From positions 1 through 37,606 of the forward strand of contig CAAGLP010000098.1 of the NCBI GenBank assembly GCA_900770805.1: DNA of 37,606 nt, given 5' to 3'. This document shows, in pieces, positions 1 through 9,015 of the stretch. Under the pieces are notes generated by a model, which saw only the letters and a program-made list of their open reading frames with translations, did no database searches and had not been told where the DNA came from. The DNA comes from an uncultured Paraprevotella sp. Its GTDB lineage: Bacteria; Bacteroidota; Bacteroidia; Bacteroidales; Bacteroidaceae. Position numbers and translations under genes: made by a program. How positions within the stretch are numbered: the stretch's first letter is position 1; each line of letters opens with the position of its first letter.

Positions 1-1
1 G

Positions 2-1150
2 ACCAAGATTTCTTCCGAGGCTGCACCCCGTGCCACACGCGAGGAAATGTACCATTGGCTGGTGTCCGAGTTCCGTGCCGTGGAGGAGGACCTGCTCGAG
101 GCTCGTCCCAAGAGTTCTTCAGACCCCAACTACGGCCGTCTGGACAAGGCTGCCGCATGGCTCATGCTTAGCCGTATGTATCTGAATGCCGAGGTTTGGA
201 AGGGTGACTTCAACGATGCCAACGGCGGCAACCTTCTGGACTCTGTCAAGGTGTTGTCCGACAAGATCATCACCGAAGGCAAGTACGAACTCTTCACCGG
301 CGAATCTGACGTAACCGTAGAAGGCATGGATTGCCACTATACCGCATACGACATGCTCTTCATGGCCGACAATGGCGAGAGCGGTGCTGCCGCCGAGGCT
401 ATCCTGCCTCTGTTGCAGGATGGTGCCGTTACACGCGGTTGGGGTGGCTCTCTGTTCTTCACAGCCGCTCACTGGAGCACTGCCATGAAGACCGTTTGCG
501 ACCTTTCTGCAGGTACCACCGGCGTTGACTGGACCGGTATGCGTGTCCGCCGTCAGTTGGTGGAGAAGTTCACCGACAATCCCGAGGCATGGGAGGGCAA
601 GACCGCCAAAGAAATCCGTGCCGTTGCCGGTGACGACCGTGCCCTGTTCTGGGGTGTGGACCATTCTGTCAGCATTGGCGACAACACCATGTTTGAGCAG
701 GGTCTGGCAACAGTGAAGTGGAACAACCGCAGAAGCGATGGCCAACCCACCAACAGCACCTACGAGGTGGACGGCGACTTCTTCCTGCTCCGCGCTGCCG
801 AGGCTTACCTGAACTATGCCGAGGCCGACATCCGTCTGAACGGTACATGTTCCGAGAAGGCAAAGGGCTATATGGATGATGTACGTGCCCGTGCACATGC
901 CGCAGCACATCTGACATACTCCTTGGAGGATGTCCTGGACGAGCGTGCACGCGAGTTCTATTGCGAGGGCTACCGCCGTACCGACCTGATCCGCTTCGGA
1001 CAGTATGGCGGCAACCAGGCTACCTATGTATGGGATGGCAAGAACGGCACCACTCCCGGCACTGCTTTCGAGGCATACCGCAACATCTATCCTATCCCGA
1101 CTTCCGAGTTGATGACCAACGATAACCTTTGGCAGAACGACGGATACTAA
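2..1150 (+). CDS. susD: SusD/RagB-family nutrient-binding outer-membrane protein, C-terminal part (5' end lies outside the window)
   Basis: The frame is open from nt 2 with no stop before 1148-1150. It has SusD-like C-terminal motifs (FLLRAAEAYLNYAEA, ERAREFYCEGYRRTDLIRFG, IYPIPTSEL). Two SusE/F-like lipoprotein genes and an amylase follow directly. Confidence 0.85.
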   Translation, partial: TKISSEAAPRATREEMYHWLVSEFRAVEEDLLEARPKSSSDPNYGRLDKAAAWLMLSRMYLNAEVWKGDFNDANGGNLLDSVKVLSDKIITEGKYELFTGESDVTVEGMDCHYTAYDMLFMADNGESGAAAEAILPLLQDGAVTRGWGGSLFFTAAHWSTAMKTVCDLSAGTTGVDWTGMRVRRQLVEKFTDNPEAWEGKTAKEIRAVAGDDRALFWGVDHSVSIGDNTMFEQGLATVKWNNRRSDGQPTNSTYEVDGDFFLLRAAEAYLNYAEADIRLNGTCSEKAKGYMDDVRARAHAAAHLTYSLEDVLDERAREFYCEGYRRTDLIRFGQYGGNQATYVWDGKNGTTPGTAFEAYRNIYPIPTSELMTNDNLWQNDGY

Positions 1151-1183
1151 CAGACGAGACAACAACCTTTAAAAAGCATAATC

Positions 1184-2401
1184 ATGAAATTCAATAAGAT
1201 ATTATCATACATGGCTTTCGGCGTGGGCATGGTTGCCTGTCTGGCTTCCTGTACAGACGACCGTGTGTCTAACCCCACACTGATAGAGCCTGAGGCAGGT
1301 TCATTCGTTTTGTTCCAGCCTGAATACAGTGGTTCTGTCGTAGACCTGAACAATCAGGACAATCCCGACTACGGAATCGTGCTGACATGGAACCAGCCCA
1401 CCTACACCAGCAACGGTGCTCCCATCGGCTTCAATGCAGGTGCCGGTACCAGTTACAAGGTGATGATTTCGCCCTCAGGCCAGTTTACCAATGCCTATGA
1501 CCATGCCCTTCTGCAGAAGGACGGTACATACACCGGCGAGGCTTTCGACTACATTGTTGTGGACGAGGTCTATCAGACCACAACCACCAACGTTCTGGCC
1601 AAGACCATCAACCTGGCCCTGAACCGTTGGAACCAGCATAACCCCGCCACAGAGACGGTATGGACCGATGGTATGGACCTGGAACCGATGGATATTACCG
1701 TTAAGGTTCTTTCCCGTGTTGTGGACGGTGGCGAAAACCTGCTCTTCACCATCGAGTCCAACACCATCAGTCTGAAGGTGAAGCCCTATTATCAGAAGAC
1801 CCAGGAGGAGAGCGTTCCAGAGCCTATCTACATGCCCGGTAACGGCAATGGCTGGAATCACGACTTCGCTCCCATCCTCACCTACAATGCCGACCTGAAG
1901 GCATTGAGCGGCTATGCCTACATGGATGGCGAATTCAAGTTCACCGTTGCCGACAACTGGGGTGACGGCGAGTACAACTGCAGCCACTTCAACCAGGATA
2001 TATGCTCTTCCAACATCGTCATCAGCGAGGGTACCGGCAACATCGGCTTCAGCGGCGAACCCGGCATGTATGTCGTTTCCGTTGACCTGAAGAACGGCAG
2101 CATCGTGGCAGAGCCTTCAATATGGCGTCTGGTAGGTGACTTCAACGGCTGGGCTCCAGACGACGACACCCAGATAATGACCTACGACATGGAGAAGCAC
2201 TGTCTGGTGAAGACTGGTGCAACGGTAACCGAGAACGGTTGGAAGTTTACCAGCAACGGCAACTGGGATGTCAACTACGGTGGTGATCTGAAGGCCCTGG
2301 AACGCAATGGCGCCAATATCGAGATTGCTGGTTCTACCATCTGCCTCTTCCTGGAGAACACCAAGACCACTCAGGGTGTCGTATATGCTACAGTGGAATA
2401 A
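1184..2401 (+). CDS. SusE/SusF-family surface starch-binding lipoprotein
   Basis: Signal peptide with lipobox LASC followed by T. The C-terminal half carries CBM-like aromatic motifs (WRLVGDFNGWAP, NGWKFTSNGNWDVNYGG). It sits immediately downstream of susD. Confidence 0.75.
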   Translation: MKFNKILSYMAFGVGMVACLASCTDDRVSNPTLIEPEAGSFVLFQPEYSGSVVDLNNQDNPDYGIVLTWNQPTYTSNGAPIGFNAGAGTSYKVMISPSGQFTNAYDHALLQKDGTYTGEAFDYIVVDEVYQTTTTNVLAKTINLALNRWNQHNPATETVWTDGMDLEPMDITVKVLSRVVDGGENLLFTIESNTISLKVKPYYQKTQEESVPEPIYMPGNGNGWNHDFAPILTYNADLKALSGYAYMDGEFKFTVADNWGDGEYNCSHFNQDICSSNIVISEGTGNIGFSGEPGMYVVSVDLKNGSIVAEPSIWRLVGDFNGWAPDDDTQIMTYDMEKHCLVKTGATVTENGWKFTSNGNWDVNYGGDLKALERNGANIEIAGSTICLFLENTKTTQGVVYATVE

Positions 2402-2431
2402 ACATTAGAATCTCTGTAAAATAAGAATAAT

Positions 2432-3532
2432 ATGTATAAGAAGATATTTATATCATTGGCTCTCGTTGCAGGACTCAGTTCCTGCGACGGAGACTACACG
2501 GACTGGGTTCAGCCCGAGGAGAATACCCAGCAGGAGGCCAAGGAAGTTGCCATGCAGTTCACCGCCGTTACAGACCTGATAGACCTGGACAAGGTGGAGG
2601 GCAACACGGTGAAGATAGGTGACTTCACAACCGCCAATGTGCAGAAGATTACCGATGCCGTCTATACGGTAAAGGCCGGAGACAGGAGTTATGGCATCCC
2701 CGTAGCCGAGGATGGAACCGTTGCGGTTGACAATTTGAAGGGCGCCGTGGTGGAACTCTACGGACGCGATGTGGAAGAGCGTACCCTTGAGGGCAATATC
2801 TCTGCCAAGGGTTGGACAGACACTACCGGTGTGCAGAGCCAGAATCTGGTTGTGCTGCTCAAGACCACAGAGCCTGTGGTAATCAAGGTTATGCCCCAGC
2901 CCATGCCCAATTACTACTTTATTACCGGTAATCCCAACAACTGGGCAAGCAGTGCCGTTACTCCTCTGTTCCCCACAGATGCCAAGCATCAGAGCCTGAC
3001 AACATACTTCTGGGGCGCATGGGACGTGAAGTTCTGGTATGTAGGCGATATCGGTAACTGGGACAAGGCCTATGGTTGTGAGGTTGACGGATGCAACGAC
3101 CCCACCGGCAAGATTATCGGCCAGAACGCCCAGGCCATCTCTTCTCCCGAGGCAGGTTACTACACCTTCTCTGTAGATTTCTCTACCAACGAGTACACAT
3201 GGACAATGTGCGAGGAGCAGTTCCCCGCCGAGTACGAAGTTATAGGTCTGATAGGTTCAATTACCGATTGGGGCAGCGACATAGACATGACCCAGGTAAT
3301 AGGCAAGGACAATGAGAAGACCCACGTATGGTATGCCACAGGTGTGGAGATTCCCGAGAACGGCGAGGTTAAGTTCCGTGCCAACCACGACTGGGGTGCC
3401 AACTGGGGCGGCCAGGAGTTCCCCTATGCCACCGGTGCAAAGGACGGTGCCAATATCGTTGTCAATCCCGGCGGTACCTACGACATCTACTTCAACGACA
3501 TTACCAAGCAATACTTGTTTATCGCTAAATAA
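2432..3532 (+). CDS. SusE/SusF-family surface glycan-binding lipoprotein (second copy)
   Basis: Lipobox LSSC followed by D. Repeated Ig/CBM-like segments (GNWDKAYG; GSITDWGSD...VKFRANHDWGANWGG). PUL context. Confidence 0.7.
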   Translation: MYKKIFISLALVAGLSSCDGDYTDWVQPEENTQQEAKEVAMQFTAVTDLIDLDKVEGNTVKIGDFTTANVQKITDAVYTVKAGDRSYGIPVAEDGTVAVDNLKGAVVELYGRDVEERTLEGNISAKGWTDTTGVQSQNLVVLLKTTEPVVIKVMPQPMPNYYFITGNPNNWASSAVTPLFPTDAKHQSLTTYFWGAWDVKFWYVGDIGNWDKAYGCEVDGCNDPTGKIIGQNAQAISSPEAGYYTFSVDFSTNEYTWTMCEEQFPAEYEVIGLIGSITDWGSDIDMTQVIGKDNEKTHVWYATGVEIPENGEVKFRANHDWGANWGGQEFPYATGAKDGANIVVNPGGTYDIYFNDITKQYLFIAK

Positions 3533-3554
3533 CTCTTAGGTTGTCATGTTACGT

Positions 3555-3582
3555 TGTGTTCCCGGCCTTGTGCCGGGGCACA
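3555..3582 (+). terminator. GC-rich hairpin downstream of the SusF-like gene (possible attenuator or terminator, no U-tract)
   Basis: cccggc / gccggg stem (3561-3566 with 3572-3577), extended by tgtg/caca after a small internal loop. An A-rich run follows instead of a T-run. Confidence 0.3.
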
Positions 3583-3685
3583 GCGTGGCTTCAACAAAAA
3601 AGAAACGGGAATAGTCGGGAACAGACTCCGTTAGGGCAGACGAATAATAACTTCGGCAGCCTTTTGTCGTCCCGAGAGCAAGGCA

Positions 3686-3747
3686 GTGTTGTCACGACAA
3701 CACTCTTGTGTTGATGCATCAACACTCCTCTGTTGATAGTGCAACAA
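3686..3747. promoter_or_regulatory. Array of three phased palindromic sites GTGTTG-N6-CAACAC (candidate operator array, or three tandem RNA stem-loops)
   Basis: Sites are 3686-3703 GTGTTGtcacgaCAACAC, 3708-3725 GTGTTGatgcatCAACAC (perfect 18-bp palindrome) and 3730-3747 cTGTTGatagtgCAACAa. Site starts are exactly 22 bp apart. The array ends 27 bp upstream of the TATCTTTG box. Confidence 0.55.
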
Positions 3748-3774
3748 AAATCCGCCATCGAGACACCGTCCCCA

Positions 3775-3782
3775 TATCTTTG
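3775..3782 (+). promoter_or_regulatory. Bacteroidota -7 promoter box TAnnTTTG (TATCTTTG) for the amylase operon
   Basis: Exact match to the TAnnTTTG consensus, 59 nt upstream of the ATG at 3841. It lies in the only large gap of the locus. Confidence 0.45.
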
Positions 3783-3840
3783 GGGCATCAGCATATATCC
3801 ATCACAAGGAATCAACAAAAATATCATAAAGGACAATATC

Positions 3841-5673
3841 ATGAACAAGTTTCTACTTTCCTTTGCCATCATCGCTTCATCACTGTTTTTCACACCTTCT
3901 AAAGCCCAGGCACAGGGCTGGCCTTCGGAGTACGAAGGAGTGATGTTGCAGGGATTCTATTGGGACAGTTACACCCACACCCGTTGGACCAAACTGGAGG
4001 CACAGGCCAAGCAACTTGCCACCTGCTTCGACCTGGTGTGGATACCCAACTCAGGCTATTGCGCCGGCCACAACAACATGGGCTACATGCCCCTGTACTT
4101 CTGGGACCAGAACTCGTCCTTCGGCAACGAGGCCGAGTTGCGCAGCATGATATCCACCTTAAAGCAGCACGGCATAGGCACGATAGCCGACGTGGTCATC
4201 AACCACCACAACACCGAGGGTTGGTTTGCCTTCCCCAAAGAAACCTATAAGGGCGAGGCCTACCAGTTCCAAAGCACGGACATCTGCAAGAACGACGACG
4301 GCGGTGCCACCCTCACACAGGCCAATAAGGACGGTGTGAGCCTGTCGGAGAACAACGACACCGGCGAGGACTGGGGCGGATGCCGCGACATGGACCACAA
4401 GTCGGCCAACGTACAGCGCATCGTCAAGGCCTACGAGGACTATCTGCTCAACGACCTCGGTTATGCGGGCTTCCGCTACGATATGGTAAAGGGATTCTCT
4501 CCCTCCTTCATTGCAGAATACAATACGGCATGCAAGGCACAGTACTCCGTGGGCGAGTACTGGGACAGCAGCGACAACATAAAGAAGTGGGTGGACGGAA
4601 CCGCCTCGGACGGTGTGCCCACCAGTGCTGCCTTCGACTTCCAGTTCCGCTACCGCGTGCGTGACGCCTTCAATGGCAACGATTGCAAGAACCTTCTGGC
4701 CGATCCTGCCAATACCGGCAACTATCCCCTGGCATACCAGGAAAGCCACCGTAAGTGGGCGGTAACCTTCGTGGAGAACCACGACACCCAGTACCGCAAC
4801 GAGAACGAACCCCTCGACCCCCTGAAGAAGGACACTGTTGCCGCCAATGCCTTCATGCTGGCAATGCCCGGCACACCTTGCGTCTTTCTGGCGCACTGGC
4901 TGGATTGCAAGGCCGACATACGCAGACAGATTACCGCACGCCGCATAGCAGGCATACATAGCCAGAGCACCTACGAGAACATTCAGAACAGCCCTGCCGC
5001 TTTTGCCAATGTGGTGCAGGGAAAGAAGGGCTCGCTGATAGTTGCCGTGGGAACCAGCGTAGGCCGCTATACCCCCAGAAACTATACTTCCACGCACACC
5101 CTCATCCTCTCCGGCCACCACTACAAGTATTACCTGAGCAATGAACTCGTGGAGGAATGGAACGAGCAGTTGAAGGCCATCGAGGCCGAGGAAGAGGCAG
5201 AACGCGAGGAGGAGGAAAGTTTCGTACCCTACACCGCCACGGTGTATTGCAAGGCCGACTTCACCCCCGTCTACTTCTATGCCTGGGACAGCAAGGGCCA
5301 ACTCTTGGGCAACTGGCCCGGCCAGTTGATGGAGGGCAAGACCAAGGTGGTCGACGGCGAGGAATGGTACTATGAGGAATTCCCCATCCCCACCAAGGAC
5401 TACGAGTTCAACATCATCTTCAACCAGGGTAGCGGCAAGCCCCAGACGGCAGACATCGTGGGCATCAAGACCACAAGTTTCTTTACCGCCACAATATCCA
5501 ACGGACGTGTAGACTACAACAATGTTACTGACGAGCACGAAACCGGCATAGAAGAAGTGAAAACCGAAAACGGAGGACTGAAGACGGAAATTTACGACCT
5601 GCAAGGCCGACGCCTCGGCACTCTGCCGGCAAAGGGCATCTATATCCAGGGCGGCAAGAAGATACTGCGCTGA
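3841..5673 (+). CDS. GH13 alpha-amylase with a C-terminal starch-binding-module-like domain and a T9SS-type C-terminal sorting tail
   Basis: The four GH13 conserved regions are present: DVVINHH, GFRYDMVKG, GEYWD, FVENHD. SPI-type signal peptide MNKFLLSFAIIASSLFFTPSKAQA with no lipobox Cys. After an acidic linker comes VYFYAWDSKGQLLGNWPGQLM...NIIFNQGSGKPQTADI (CBM25/26-like). The protein ends IYDLQGRRLGTLPAKGIYIQGGKKILR. Start chosen at 3841 rather than 3733 because of the signal peptide. Confidence 0.9.
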   Translation: MNKFLLSFAIIASSLFFTPSKAQAQGWPSEYEGVMLQGFYWDSYTHTRWTKLEAQAKQLATCFDLVWIPNSGYCAGHNNMGYMPLYFWDQNSSFGNEAELRSMISTLKQHGIGTIADVVINHHNTEGWFAFPKETYKGEAYQFQSTDICKNDDGGATLTQANKDGVSLSENNDTGEDWGGCRDMDHKSANVQRIVKAYEDYLLNDLGYAGFRYDMVKGFSPSFIAEYNTACKAQYSVGEYWDSSDNIKKWVDGTASDGVPTSAAFDFQFRYRVRDAFNGNDCKNLLADPANTGNYPLAYQESHRKWAVTFVENHDTQYRNENEPLDPLKKDTVAANAFMLAMPGTPCVFLAHWLDCKADIRRQITARRIAGIHSQSTYENIQNSPAAFANVVQGKKGSLIVAVGTSVGRYTPRNYTSTHTLILSGHHYKYYLSNELVEEWNEQLKAIEAEEEAEREEEESFVPYTATVYCKADFTPVYFYAWDSKGQLLGNWPGQLMEGKTKVVDGEEWYYEEFPIPTKDYEFNIIFNQGSGKPQTADIVGIKTTSFFTATISNGRVDYNNVTDEHETGIEEVKTENGGLKTEIYDLQGRRLGTLPAKGIYIQGGKKILR

Positions 5674-5737
5674 TTACCGGTGCCGGAGCAAACATGAACA
5701 CACATTATATATAATATACAGACCTTAAACCATAGCA

Positions 5738-7063
5738 ATGAAAACACTTCCCAACCTTTCCTTCTGGAAACTCTTCAACCTGTCTGCAGGATTCTTTGGC
5801 GTGCAGATAGCATACGCCCTGCAGAGTGCCAACATCTCGCGTATCTTTGCCACGCTCGGTGCTGACCCGCACCAGTTGTCCTTCTTCTGGATACTGCCTC
5901 CGCTGATGGGTATGATAGTGCAGCCTATCATCGGTGCCCTGAGCGACAAGACCTGGTGCCGCTTCGGCCGCCGTATCCCCTACCTCTTTGTAGGTGCCAT
6001 AGTGGCTGTGGCTGTGATGGTGCTGCTGCCAAATGCTGGCAGTCTGGGCCTGACCACACAGGTGGTGATGTGGGGCCTGACCGGAACAATGCTCTTCGGC
6101 CTGATGAGCCTGATGCTTCTGGATACCAGCATCAATGTGGCCATGCAACCCTTCAAGATGATGGTGGGCGATATGGTCAATGAGGAGCAGAAGGCCACAG
6201 CCTATAGCATACAGTCCTTCCTGTGCAATGCAGGCAGTTGCGTGGGCTACATCTTCCCCTATGTACTCACCTTCCTGGGTGTCAGCAATGTGGCCGACAA
6301 GGGCGTTATCCCCAATTCTGTGATATTCAGTTTCTATGCCGGTGCGGCAATACTGATACTGTGCGTACTCTACACCACCGCCATGGTGAAGGAGTATCCC
6401 CCGCAGAAGGAGGAAGCATGTGCCGGAAACGTGGCTGGAGAGCAGGTGCAGGAAGCGGCACATCATGGAATCAAGGGACAGAGCGTGCCCTATCTCTTCC
6501 TGTCCATAGGCACGGTGCAGTTCTTCTGTTGGGCAGCCTTCATGTACATGTGGACCTATACCAACGGTTCCCTGGCAGAACAGTGCTGGGGAACGACCGA
6601 TGTCACGAGCATTGGTTACCAGGATGCCGGCAACTGGGTGGGCGTAAGTTTCTTTGTCCAGGCCATCGGTTCCATGATATGGGCACCCTTCATACCCATG
6701 TTCAAGAATCTGAAGGTAGCATACGTTGTCAGTCTGCTCATAGGAGCCGTGGGCTTCATAAGCATGCTGTGGATAACCAACGAGTACGTGGTACTGTTCA
6801 GTTTCCTGCTTGTAGGTGCGGCATGGGCGGCAATGCTGGCCTTGCCCTTTACCCTGTTTACCAATGCCCTGCAGGGACATCCCCGTTTGGGAACATACCT
6901 GGGACTCTTCAACTGCACCATCTGCATACCGCAGATAGTGGCTGCCGTAATGGGCGGATTCATCCTCAGACTTGTAGGCGACACCCAGGTGATGATGCTT
7001 GTGGTGGCAGGTATCCTGCTTGTGCTGGGCGCTGTCAGTGTTAAACTAATAAAGACAAGATAA
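5738..7063 (+). CDS. MFS sugar:cation symporter (SLC45/GPH-like), probable maltose/maltodextrin inner-membrane importer
   Basis: About 12 hydrophobic segments. Sucrose-transporter-like motif GALSDKTWCRFGRRIPY after TM2. It sits between the amylase and malQ. Confidence 0.8.
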   Translation: MKTLPNLSFWKLFNLSAGFFGVQIAYALQSANISRIFATLGADPHQLSFFWILPPLMGMIVQPIIGALSDKTWCRFGRRIPYLFVGAIVAVAVMVLLPNAGSLGLTTQVVMWGLTGTMLFGLMSLMLLDTSINVAMQPFKMMVGDMVNEEQKATAYSIQSFLCNAGSCVGYIFPYVLTFLGVSNVADKGVIPNSVIFSFYAGAAILILCVLYTTAMVKEYPPQKEEACAGNVAGEQVQEAAHHGIKGQSVPYLFLSIGTVQFFCWAAFMYMWTYTNGSLAEQCWGTTDVTSIGYQDAGNWVGVSFFVQAIGSMIWAPFIPMFKNLKVAYVVSLLIGAVGFISMLWITNEYVVLFSFLLVGAAWAAMLALPFTLFTNALQGHPRLGTYLGLFNCTICIPQIVAAVMGGFILRLVGDTQVMMLVVAGILLVLGAVSVKLIKTR

Positions 7064-7066
7064 ACC

Positions 7067-8974
7067 ATGAAACACCTCGAACTGGGCACACGCATTGCTG
7101 GTTGTGCCATACCCGTATTCTCGCTCCGTAGCAAAGGGAGTTTCGGAGTGGGCGACTTCGGCGACTTGAAACTTATGATTACATGGGTGGCACAGACAGG
7201 CCAGAAGATCCTGCAGATTCTGCCCATCAACGATACAACATCATCGGGCACTTGGGTAGACTCCTATCCATATTCTGCCATAAGCATCTATGCCCTTCAC
7301 CCCATGTATGCCGACCTGCGCCAACTTCCTGCACTGAAGGACGGCGAAGTAACGGCACGTTTTCAGGCCTTGCAGGCAGAACTCAATGCCCTGCCACAGA
7401 TAGACTACGAGGCAGTGAACAAGGCCAAGAGGGAATACCTCCTGCTCGTCTTCAAGCAGGAGTTTGCCAAGGTGAAGCGCACTAAGGCCTACAAGACTTT
7501 CCTGCAGGAAACAGACTTCTGGCTGACAGGCTATGCCGACTACTGCATCCGCAGGGATGCACGCCTTTGGCCAGATGAGGCTCCGGTGAGTTCCGATTTC
7601 TATCGTTACATGCAGTTCGTGCTGGACACCCAGATGCGTCTTGCCCACGAGCATGCACGCACACTGGGCGTGATGCTGAAGGGCGACATACCCATAGGCG
7701 TGAACCGCTATGGGTGCGATGTGGAGATGGAACCACGCTACTTCAATATGAACGGACAGGCAGGTGCTCCCCCCGACAATTTCAGCGCCGACGGCCAGAA
7801 CTGGGGTTTCCCCACCTACAACTGGGACGAGATGATAAAGGACGGTTGCCAGTGGTGGATACGGCGTTTCCAGAACATGGCACGCTACTTCGATGCCTAC
7901 CGCATAGACCACGTGCTGGGCTTCTTCCGCATTTGGGAAATACCCGTGCATGCCGTGGGCGGCCTGCTGGGACAGTTCCAGCCCTCTCTGGCCATGAGCA
8001 TGGAGGAAATCAACGGCTATGGTCTGTACCTCAGCGAGGACTTCATGACACGTCCCTTCATTGCCGATTGGGTGCTGGACAGAATCTTCGGCAATCGTGC
8101 GGATGAGGTGAAACAACGCTTCCTGGTTCATGAGCACGACGACATCTGGTCGCTGAAGGCAGAATGCGACACGGAACGCAAGGTGGAGGCGATGGCTCTG
8201 GATGCAGAACTGACAAACAGCCTGTATGCCCTGATACGCAATGTCCTCTTTGTACGCGACCACAAGAACCCACACCTATACCATCCGCGTATTGCAGTGC
8301 AGAACGATACTGCATACGAAACACTGTGGCAACATGATAAGGATAACTTCAACCGTCTGTACAACGACTACTTCTATCGCCGCAACAACCAGTTTTGGTA
8401 TGAGGAGGCCATGAAGAAACTGCCTCTGCTTGTCGATGCCACCGACATGCTGGTATGCGCCGAGGACCTGGGCATGGTGCCCGATTGTGTGCCTTGGGTG
8501 CTGAACCAGTTGCAGATACTGTCGCTGGAACTCATTTCCATGCCCAAGGACAGCAGTGTGCGCTTCGGCATACTGGACCGCAATCCATGGCGCAGCGTTT
8601 GTACCATTTCCAGTCATGACAGCGCCACCATGCGCATGTGGTGGGACGAGGACTATGCCATGACACAGAGTTTCTACAACGAGTATCTCGGTTACGAAGG
8701 CGCCGCACCCCATCCCATGCCGGGATGGCTGGCTCAGGACATGTTGCAGCGCCATCTCAACTGCCCCTCGGCCCTGTGCATCCTTACCCTCCAGGACTGG
8801 CTCGCATGCAACGAACGTATGCGCCTGCCCGAGGCCGGAGCGGAACGCATCAACATCCCCGCCAATCCCCGTCACTACTGGCGCTACCGTATGCACCTGA
8901 ACATAGAGGATCTGATGGAGGCCATAGAGTTCAATACCCAGATAACAGGCATGATATTCCAGAGCGGCAGGTAA
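7067..8974 (+). CDS. malQ: 4-alpha-glucanotransferase (amylomaltase, GH77)
   Basis: GH77 motifs: DGQNWGFPTYNW, YRIDHVLGFFRIWEIP, CAEDLGMVP. No signal peptide, so cytoplasmic. Starts 3 nt after the transporter stop. Confidence 0.9.
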   Translation: MKHLELGTRIAGCAIPVFSLRSKGSFGVGDFGDLKLMITWVAQTGQKILQILPINDTTSSGTWVDSYPYSAISIYALHPMYADLRQLPALKDGEVTARFQALQAELNALPQIDYEAVNKAKREYLLLVFKQEFAKVKRTKAYKTFLQETDFWLTGYADYCIRRDARLWPDEAPVSSDFYRYMQFVLDTQMRLAHEHARTLGVMLKGDIPIGVNRYGCDVEMEPRYFNMNGQAGAPPDNFSADGQNWGFPTYNWDEMIKDGCQWWIRRFQNMARYFDAYRIDHVLGFFRIWEIPVHAVGGLLGQFQPSLAMSMEEINGYGLYLSEDFMTRPFIADWVLDRIFGNRADEVKQRFLVHEHDDIWSLKAECDTERKVEAMALDAELTNSLYALIRNVLFVRDHKNPHLYHPRIAVQNDTAYETLWQHDKDNFNRLYNDYFYRRNNQFWYEEAMKKLPLLVDATDMLVCAEDLGMVPDCVPWVLNQLQILSLELISMPKDSSVRFGILDRNPWRSVCTISSHDSATMRMWWDEDYAMTQSFYNEYLGYEGAAPHPMPGWLAQDMLQRHLNCPSALCILTLQDWLACNERMRLPEAGAERINIPANPRHYWRYRMHLNIEDLMEAIEFNTQITGMIFQSGR

Positions 8975-9015
8975 TATCCGTGACAGCTCTCTAAAACGAT
9001 ACAGGAGGTTTACAG

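Noticed and set aside
3686-3747. Whether the repeat arrays at 3686-3747 and 21832-21928 could be miniature CRISPR arrays.
   Set aside because: The units are contiguous, with 0-4-nt spacers and no unique spacers. They number only 3-5 degenerate copies, and no cas genes are present.
3733-3840. N-terminal extensions offered by the ORF track for the amylase (3733), GH53 (10782), the FNT-like gene (to 16435), the orphan gene (16396), greA (to 19150) and pnp (19361).
   Set aside because: In each case an internal Met gives a canonical signal peptide or a conserved N-terminus. The extensions run through promoter boxes, terminators or the preceding gene.
9003-9008. Perfect Shine-Dalgarno-like AGGAGG 7 nt upstream of the pulA start, and a second one at 17084-17089, 11 nt upstream of the manC-like start.
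   Set aside because: Bacteroidota generally initiate without SD pairing, and the other genes I checked here have A-rich, SD-less leaders. Two hexamer hits in 37 kb may be chance. They are noted but not claimed as functional.
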